Part shown: piece by piece, positions 59,166 to 64,000 of the stretch
Numbering within the stretch: the stretch's first letter is position 1
Layout: each line of letters starts with the position of its first letter
Origin: an uncultured Alphaproteobacteria bacterium
GTDB lineage: Bacteria; Pseudomonadota; Alphaproteobacteria; HIMB59
DNA: 64,000 nt
Assembly (NCBI GenBank): GCA_963926395.1
Contig: CAWUWX010000002.1
Location: 3,920 to 67,919, forward strand
Direction: 5' to 3'
Notes under the pieces: model-generated
Told to the model about the DNA's origin: nothing
The model's input: only the letters and a program-made list of their open reading frames with translations
The model's database searches: none
Translations under genes and position numbers: made by a program

Positions 59166-59323
59166 TGGTGCCTATTTTTAAATATTTGAAAAATATTTTA
59201 TCTTCTAAAAAAATAAATAATAGCTGGGAAGAGAAATATCTCGCTAAATCTGTTGATCTTTACGATCTAGAGAGAAGACAAAGAGAAATAGACAATAAAT
59301 TTGGCTCTAACCGTAAATTTTAG
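59165..59323 (+). CDS. 52-aa DUF3563-like small protein (not in ORF track)
   Basis: MVPIFKYLKNIL...WEEKYLAKSVDLYDLERRQREID; TAATG stop/start overlap and AAGGAGG SD in the upstream ORF. Confidence 0.78.
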   Translation: MVPIFKYLKNILSSKKINNSWEEKYLAKSVDLYDLERRQREIDNKFGSNRKF

Positions 59324-59357
59324 AATAGAGAAATTCAATTTTTCTTAACTTTATTCA

Positions 59358-59417
59358 CTCTAGCTATATGCGGTGTTACAGAAAATACTGCATATTTAGA
59401 GACCTGGGTTTTGACCC
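59358..59417 (+). ncRNA. Candidate 3'-UTR structured RNA (two hairpins)
   Basis: ATATGCGGTGTT/AATACTGCATAT 12-bp stem with two G-U pairs, closed by CTCTA/TAGAG, then GGGT-TTTG-ACCC. Confidence 0.4.
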
Positions 59418-59461
59418 TCAATTAATTAATCATAAAAATTATTATGAAATTCAATGGATTG

Positions 59462-60079
59462 CTAAGTAAGTATCCAAATCTCTACGCCAACAAATAAAAA
59501 TAAACCTGCAAATATTAAGTTTATAATACTTTTAGGCTTATTTAGATAATTTGAAATATTTCCAATCGTAAAAATATAACCCATAAAACTATAGCTTAGA
59601 GCTGATAAAAAATAAGTCCCTATAGAAAATATAACTGCTTCATTTAAAGCTAATGGATTTTGAAATTTTAATAAACCTAACGCTGACCAAAAGGCAAAGG
59701 CTTTTGGATTAGTCATGGTTGTAATTAAACCTTTGAAGAAATATTCAAAATTATTTAAATAGCTAGTGCTTTTAATAAAATCCTGATTTGTGAATAAATA
59801 CTGCCTCATTGATTGATAGGCTAAATAAAACATATAAATAGATGCGCTAATTTTAAGAAAAATAAATCCCACACCTAGATTTTGCGCTATAAGAAGCGAA
59901 ATACCAGTTGTTGCAACAAAACACCAAAAGGCAGATCCTATCGCTATGCCTAAAGATGTAATGCAAACAAGTTTAAGATTTCCTTTAATTCCGATAGAAG
60001 CGGCTAAAAAAGTATTGGGGCCTGGCAACCAAACAGCAAGACAAAAAATTCCCCATGCAGATAGAAAATTCAACCACAT
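59462..60079 (-). CDS. LysE/RhtB family exporter
   Basis: PGPN, GIA.G...W, G......NPKA..FW; 12 bp downstream of aapP. Confidence 0.9.
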   Translation of the reverse strand: MWLNFLSAWGIFCLAVWLPGPNTFLAASIGIKGNLKLVCITSLGIAIGSAFWCFVATTGISLLIAQNLGVGFIFLKISASIYMFYLAYQSMRQYLFTNQDFIKSTSYLNNFEYFFKGLITTMTNPKAFAFWSALGLLKFQNPLALNEAVIFSIGTYFLSALSYSFMGYIFTIGNISNYLNKPKSIINLIFAGLFLFVGVEIWILT

Positions 60080-60091
60080 ATTAAATAAAAA

Positions 60092-60832
60092 TTAATGATT
60101 AAGAATTTGACTAAGAAATAATTTAGTTCTGTCACTTTTAGGGCTAGTAAAGAATTCTTGAGGACTTGCTTGTTCGACAATCTTTCCTTCATCCATAAAA
60201 ATCATTTGATCTGCAACTGTTTTTGCAAAACCCATTTCATGAGTTACGACTAACATAGTCATTCCCTCCTCAGCCAACTGAGTCATCACATCAAGAACTT
60301 CTTTAATCATTTCAGGATCAAGAGCGGAAGTAGGTTCATCAAATAACATAATTTGTGGGTTCATGGCTAATGATCTTGCGATAGCAACACGTTGTTGTTG
60401 ACCTCCAGATAATTGTCCTGGGAATTTTAACGCCTGTTCTGGAATTTTAACTTTTTCAAGATATACCATAGCCACTTCTTCGGCCTCTTTTTTGGACATT
60501 TTTTTAACCCAAATTGGAGCTAAACTAATATTGTCTAAAACAGATAAGTGAGGAAATAAATTAAACTGCTGGAAAACCATTCCAACTTCTCTTCTAATTA
60601 TATCAATATTCTTAAGATCACTTGTTAGTTCGGTACCGTGAACAACAATTGTTCCTTTTTGATGAGCTTCTAGACGGTTGATACATCTGATCATCGTAGA
60701 TTTACCTGAACCACTAGGTCCACATATAACTATTTTTTGACCTTTAATTACCTCCAAGTCGATATCTTTTAATACATGGAAATCATCATACCACTTATTA
60801 ACTTTATCTAATGTAATAACTTTTTCACTCAT
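60092..60832 (-). CDS. aapP: General L-amino acid ABC transporter ATPase
   Basis: [33 protein letters not shown]. Confidence 0.93.
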   Translation of the reverse strand: MSEKVITLDKVNKWYDDFHVLKDIDLEVIKGQKIVICGPSGSGKSTMIRCINRLEAHQKGTIVVHGTELTSDLKNIDIIRREVGMVFQQFNLFPHLSVLDNISLAPIWVKKMSKKEAEEVAMVYLEKVKIPEQALKFPGQLSGGQQQRVAIARSLAMNPQIMLFDEPTSALDPEMIKEVLDVMTQLAEEGMTMLVVTHEMGFAKTVADQMIFMDEGKIVEQASPQEFFTSPKSDRTKLFLSQILNH

Positions 60833-60834
60833 TG

Positions 60835-61935
60835 TTAATTATTGTCTGTTCTCAATTTCTTTTCAAGGTATAAGCTATATCGTGACATTGCAAAACAAAA
60901 GATAAAGAAAACAATTGCTACAAAAACATAAACCTCATAATAAAGCTTTGTCCATGACATATCGGCTAAAGCAGCTCTTCCAATTCCAAGTAAATCAAAA
61001 AGACCAATTATGAGAACAAGTGATGTATCTTTAAATAAACCAATAGAAGTATTGACAATTGGTGGAATTGAAATTCTTAAAGCCTGAGGTAATACAATTT
61101 TTCTTGTACTTTGCCAATAAGTTAGACCCATTGATCGTGCAGCTTCAATCTGACCTTTAGGTATTGCTTGAAGACCACCCCTGATAGCCTCTGCCATATA
61201 TGCTGACTGGAACAGAGTGACCGCAACTAATGCTCGAAGTAAATTGTCAGGACTAGCACCCTCAGGTAAAAATAGTGGTAGCATAAAATTAGCTGTAAAA
61301 AGCAAAGTAATTAAAGGAACACCTCTAATAAATTCGATAAATATAACGCATAAAAGACTTATAACTGGCATATTAGACTTTCTTCCTAAGGCTAAAGCTA
61401 TGCTTAAAGGGAATGCTAGAGCTATTCCAGTAACACCTAAAAATAATGTCACTAAAAGTCCTCCCCATTTATTAGTACCTACAGTTGTTAAGCTAGGACC
61501 TCCATAGAGAAGGTAAAAGGCTATAAAAGGAAATACTAATGTGAAGTAGAGAAAATATTTTCTAAAAGGTACTTTATCAAAGAAAATAGCTACCAAAGCA
61601 AAAGGTAAAAGAAATAATACTAAGTTTACTCTCCAAACTTCTGCGGCAGGATAAAATCCATACATAAATTGATAAAATCTTACATGAATGATAGTCCAAC
61701 ATGCACCGTAACTACCTGGTTCAATATTTTTAGAACAAAATGTTCGATCAATAATTCTTTCCCCTCGAAAGTTTGTAAGAAAGTCTGCCTTAAATACCGC
61801 CCAATCAAGAAAAAAAAATGAGACTTCGTAAATAAAGTAAATAGTTAAAATTGTGATTAATGTATTAATCCAACTAGAAAAAAGATTTTTTTTAGACCAT
61901 AAAATAATTTTATATGTGGAAGCTACACTACTCAT
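60835..61935 (-). CDS. aapM: General L-amino acid ABC transporter permease
   Basis: [32 protein letters not shown]. Confidence 0.92.
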   Translation of the reverse strand: MSSVASTYKIILWSKKNLFSSWINTLITILTIYFIYEVSFFFLDWAVFKADFLTNFRGERIIDRTFCSKNIEPGSYGACWTIIHVRFYQFMYGFYPAAEVWRVNLVLFLLPFALVAIFFDKVPFRKYFLYFTLVFPFIAFYLLYGGPSLTTVGTNKWGGLLVTLFLGVTGIALAFPLSIALALGRKSNMPVISLLCVIFIEFIRGVPLITLLFTANFMLPLFLPEGASPDNLLRALVAVTLFQSAYMAEAIRGGLQAIPKGQIEAARSMGLTYWQSTRKIVLPQALRISIPPIVNTSIGLFKDTSLVLIIGLFDLLGIGRAALADMSWTKLYYEVYVFVAIVFFIFCFAMSRYSLYLEKKLRTDNN

Positions 61936-63101
61936 GCGTTTCCTTTAAACTGAACCTTACGGTTGTAAAAATTCATTAATAGCGAAATGGTTAAGCTCAT
62001 GATTAAGTAAGTAACCATGACAATTAACATGATCTCTATGGCCTTACCAGTTTGATTTAAAGAAATACCACCAAAACCATGAACTAAATCTGAATATCCA
62101 ATTGCGATACCAAGAGAGGAATTTTTAGTGAGATTCAGAAACTGTGAAGTTAAGGGCGGTATAATTACTCTGAGAGCCTGAGGTATAATAATTAATCTCA
62201 TGACTAAACTGCTTTTTAAACCCAGTGCCTGAGAGGCTTCTCTTTGCCCTTTTGATACAGCAATAATTCCTGAACGAACTGTCTCAGAAATAAATGCAGC
62301 AGTGTAAATAGATAGTCCAAGTAACATGCCAGCAAATTCTGGTCTGATGACCATTCCTCCCACAAAGTTAAAACCTTTTAATACTGGGTGTTCAAATTCA
62401 AGAGGCATTCCCATAATATAGAAAAATATAACAGGCGTAAAAATTATAATTGCAGACACTATATAAAAAATAGGAAACTGCCTTCCTGTTTCGTTTTGTT
62501 TATTTTTTAAATATCTTCTTAAAAAAAATGAAAAAACAACAGCTAAAATAAAGCTCCACGTTACAATCGAAAATCCTTCTTTGAAAATTGGTGCCGGAGA
62601 ATACAGTCCTCGATTAGATAAGTAAAAATACTCAAAGAACTGAATAGCTTGTTTTATCTTTGGCAAATGAATGAGAATACTATACCAAAGAATAATCTGC
62701 AAAAGAACTGGGACATTTCTAGTAAACTCCACATATACGTATGCAACATTTCTAAAAAGCCAGTTACTAGAAAGTCGAATAATACCTACCAAAAAACCTA
62801 AAATTGTTGCCAAAATAATCCCAAAAACTGAAACTAAAAGAGTATTAATAACTCCAACATAGTAAGCTCTCAGGTGTGTATCCTTGCTAGTAAATTCAAT
62901 CATTGAAAAACTGATGTCATAACCAGCCGACATTCCTAAAAATTCAAAACCAGTTCCAATGCCTCTTTTTTCGAGATTATAAGCAGTGGTTTGCGAAATT
63001 GAATAAACCATTAAAGCAAAAAAACCAATAACTAGAGTTTGAATAACTATAGATCTGATTTTTTCATCAAAAATTAGCTTTCTAATAAAATTAATTTGCA
63101 T
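61932..63101 (-). CDS. aapQ: General L-amino acid ABC transporter permease
   Basis: GF.FL, NTL.V, RLS.NW, RN.P.LLQ, KGQ.EA, NLTKNSSL. Confidence 0.92.
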   Translation of the reverse strand: MQINFIRKLIFDEKIRSIVIQTLVIGFFALMVYSISQTTAYNLEKRGIGTGFEFLGMSAGYDISFSMIEFTSKDTHLRAYYVGVINTLLVSVFGIILATILGFLVGIIRLSSNWLFRNVAYVYVEFTRNVPVLLQIILWYSILIHLPKIKQAIQFFEYFYLSNRGLYSPAPIFKEGFSIVTWSFILAVVFSFFLRRYLKNKQNETGRQFPIFYIVSAIIIFTPVIFFYIMGMPLEFEHPVLKGFNFVGGMVIRPEFAGMLLGLSIYTAAFISETVRSGIIAVSKGQREASQALGLKSSLVMRLIIIPQALRVIIPPLTSQFLNLTKNSSLGIAIGYSDLVHGFGGISLNQTGKAIEIMLIVMVTYLIMSLTISLLMNFYNRKVQFKGNA

Positions 63102-63113
63102 TGGTGAGATTTG

Positions 63114-63153
63114 TTAATCGGGCTACTTAATTTTGATTAAATAGCCCGATTAA
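63114..63153 (-). terminator. Intercistronic stem-loop after the binding-protein gene
   Basis: 12-bp inverted repeat TTAATCGGGCTA/TAGCCCGATTAA between aapJ and aapQ; typical of elements that raise the SBP:permease ratio. Confidence 0.65.
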
Positions 63154-63161
63154 AGTTGTTT

Positions 63162-64000
63162 TTATCTAAATGGAGGTGCGTATAAAATACCACCATCTGA
63201 ATAAAGAGCGTTTAAGCCTCTTGCAATGTTAATAGGCGTGTTAACACCAATATGTTTTTCAAAGCTTTCAGAATAGTTTCCTACTTGCTTGATGATTTGA
63301 TAAGCCCAATCATCAGAAAGTCCAAGCCACTGACCGTAACCAGCACCAGTATCTCCTACCTGAGAAACACCAAGAAGTCTTAAAACTTCAGGGTCTTTTG
63401 AGTTTTTCATTTCATCAACATTTGAAGAAGTAATTCCTTTTTCTTCAGCAATGATCATAGCATTTAAAGACCATCTTGCGATGTCAGCCCATGCGCTATC
63501 ACCATGTCTCACTACAGGACCTAAAGGTTCTTTAGAAATAATTTCTGGTAAAACAATGTGCGCACTTGGGTCAGGATAACCTGCTCTACTCGCATATAAT
63601 CCTGAAGCGTCAGTTGTATAAACATCACATCTTCCAGCGATATAAGCCGCATCAGCTTCAGAGTTAGTTTCAACAGGAACAGCTTCGTAACTAATTCCAT
63701 TAGCACTAAAGTAATCTGCTAAGTTCATTTCAGTTGTAGTTCCAACTTGAATACAAACTGAAGCGCCATCAAGCTCAGTTGCGCTTGAAACTCCTATAGA
63801 AGCAGGTACCATGAAGCCTTGTCCGTCATAATAGTTTACTCCAACAAATTCCAAACCTAGCTCAACGTCTCTTTGAAGAGTCCAAGTTGTATTTCTTGAA
63901 AGCATATCAATTTCACCTGATTGAAGAGCTGTAAATCTAACTTTTGTTGTTAGTGGTACGTATTCAACTTTAGAAGCATCACCGAAAACGGCAGCTGCAA
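63162..64000 (-). CDS. aapJ: General L-amino acid ABC transporter substrate-binding protein (5' end outside window)
   Basis: Frame continues upstream (AAAVFGD..KV.YVPL....RFTALQSGEID), SRNTTWT..RD, YYDGQG, ISKEPLGP, VGNY.E, Y.PPFR. Confidence 0.94.
   Translation of the reverse strand, partial: AAAVFGDASKVEYVPLTTKVRFTALQSGEIDMLSRNTTWTLQRDVELGLEFVGVNYYDGQGFMVPASIGVSSATELDGASVCIQVGTTTEMNLADYFSANGISYEAVPVETNSEADAAYIAGRCDVYTTDASGLYASRAGYPDPSAHIVLPEIISKEPLGPVVRHGDSAWADIARWSLNAMIIAEEKGITSSNVDEMKNSKDPEVLRLLGVSQVGDTGAGYGQWLGLSDDWAYQIIKQVGNYSESFEKHIGVNTPINIARGLNALYSDGGILYAPPFR

Noticed and set aside
59324-59425. Open frame continuing past the DUF3563-like TAG (possible readthrough)
   Set aside because: No start codon or readthrough signal; length compatible with chance
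54681-63706. Nested ORFs 54681-54914, 57322-57528, 61217-61507, 62671-62862 and 63521-63706
   Set aside because: Shadows of supported genes
1-64000. Prophage, IS element, CRISPR array, defence island, tRNA or rRNA
   Set aside because: No integrase, transposase, structural phage genes, spaced repeats or RNA gene signatures seen; the lone nuclease at 23672 has no methylase or other defence neighbours

Overview
Very AT-rich (roughly 28-30% GC by eye), extremely gene-dense chromosomal window from a streamlined alphaproteobacterium. It is probably a marine SAR11/HIMB59-like lineage; that is an inference from gene content (rpoH, C4-pathway hemA, DUF1013, aapJQMP) and intergenic gaps of mostly 0-40 bp. 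Positions 1-33 kb are core genes: distal dcw cluster murG-ftsZ-lpxC, rpoH, purA, glmM, ftsH, tol-pal, yebC, zapA, tkt-gap-fbaB, efp and rpmE. 33-38 kb is a photolyase plus furan-fatty-acid-type operon. 39-49 kb holds an apparently complete heme pathway split around a HxlR/CDGSH/cytochrome b561/flavin redox module. 52-60 kb is an accessory patch of LysE exporters, unannotated small ORFs and candidate structured RNAs, ending in the general L-amino acid ABC transporter. I saw no tRNA, rRNA, CRISPR array, integrase or transposase. Best leads: (1) a 109-aa Hjc/phage-type PD-(D/E)xK nuclease sits where ruvC-ruvA-ruvB normally lie, between yebC and tolQ; (2) two paralogous FWLNL micro-proteins with a shared upstream motif, a DUF3563-like small protein and structured RNAs flank LysE exporters; (3) the heme divergon has a HemC-HemD-like fusion; (4) a single-lobe TAXI binding protein; (5) ddl and the photolyase appear to need non-canonical ATT/ATC starts. 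All family assignments come from recognised motifs and synteny, not from database searches.
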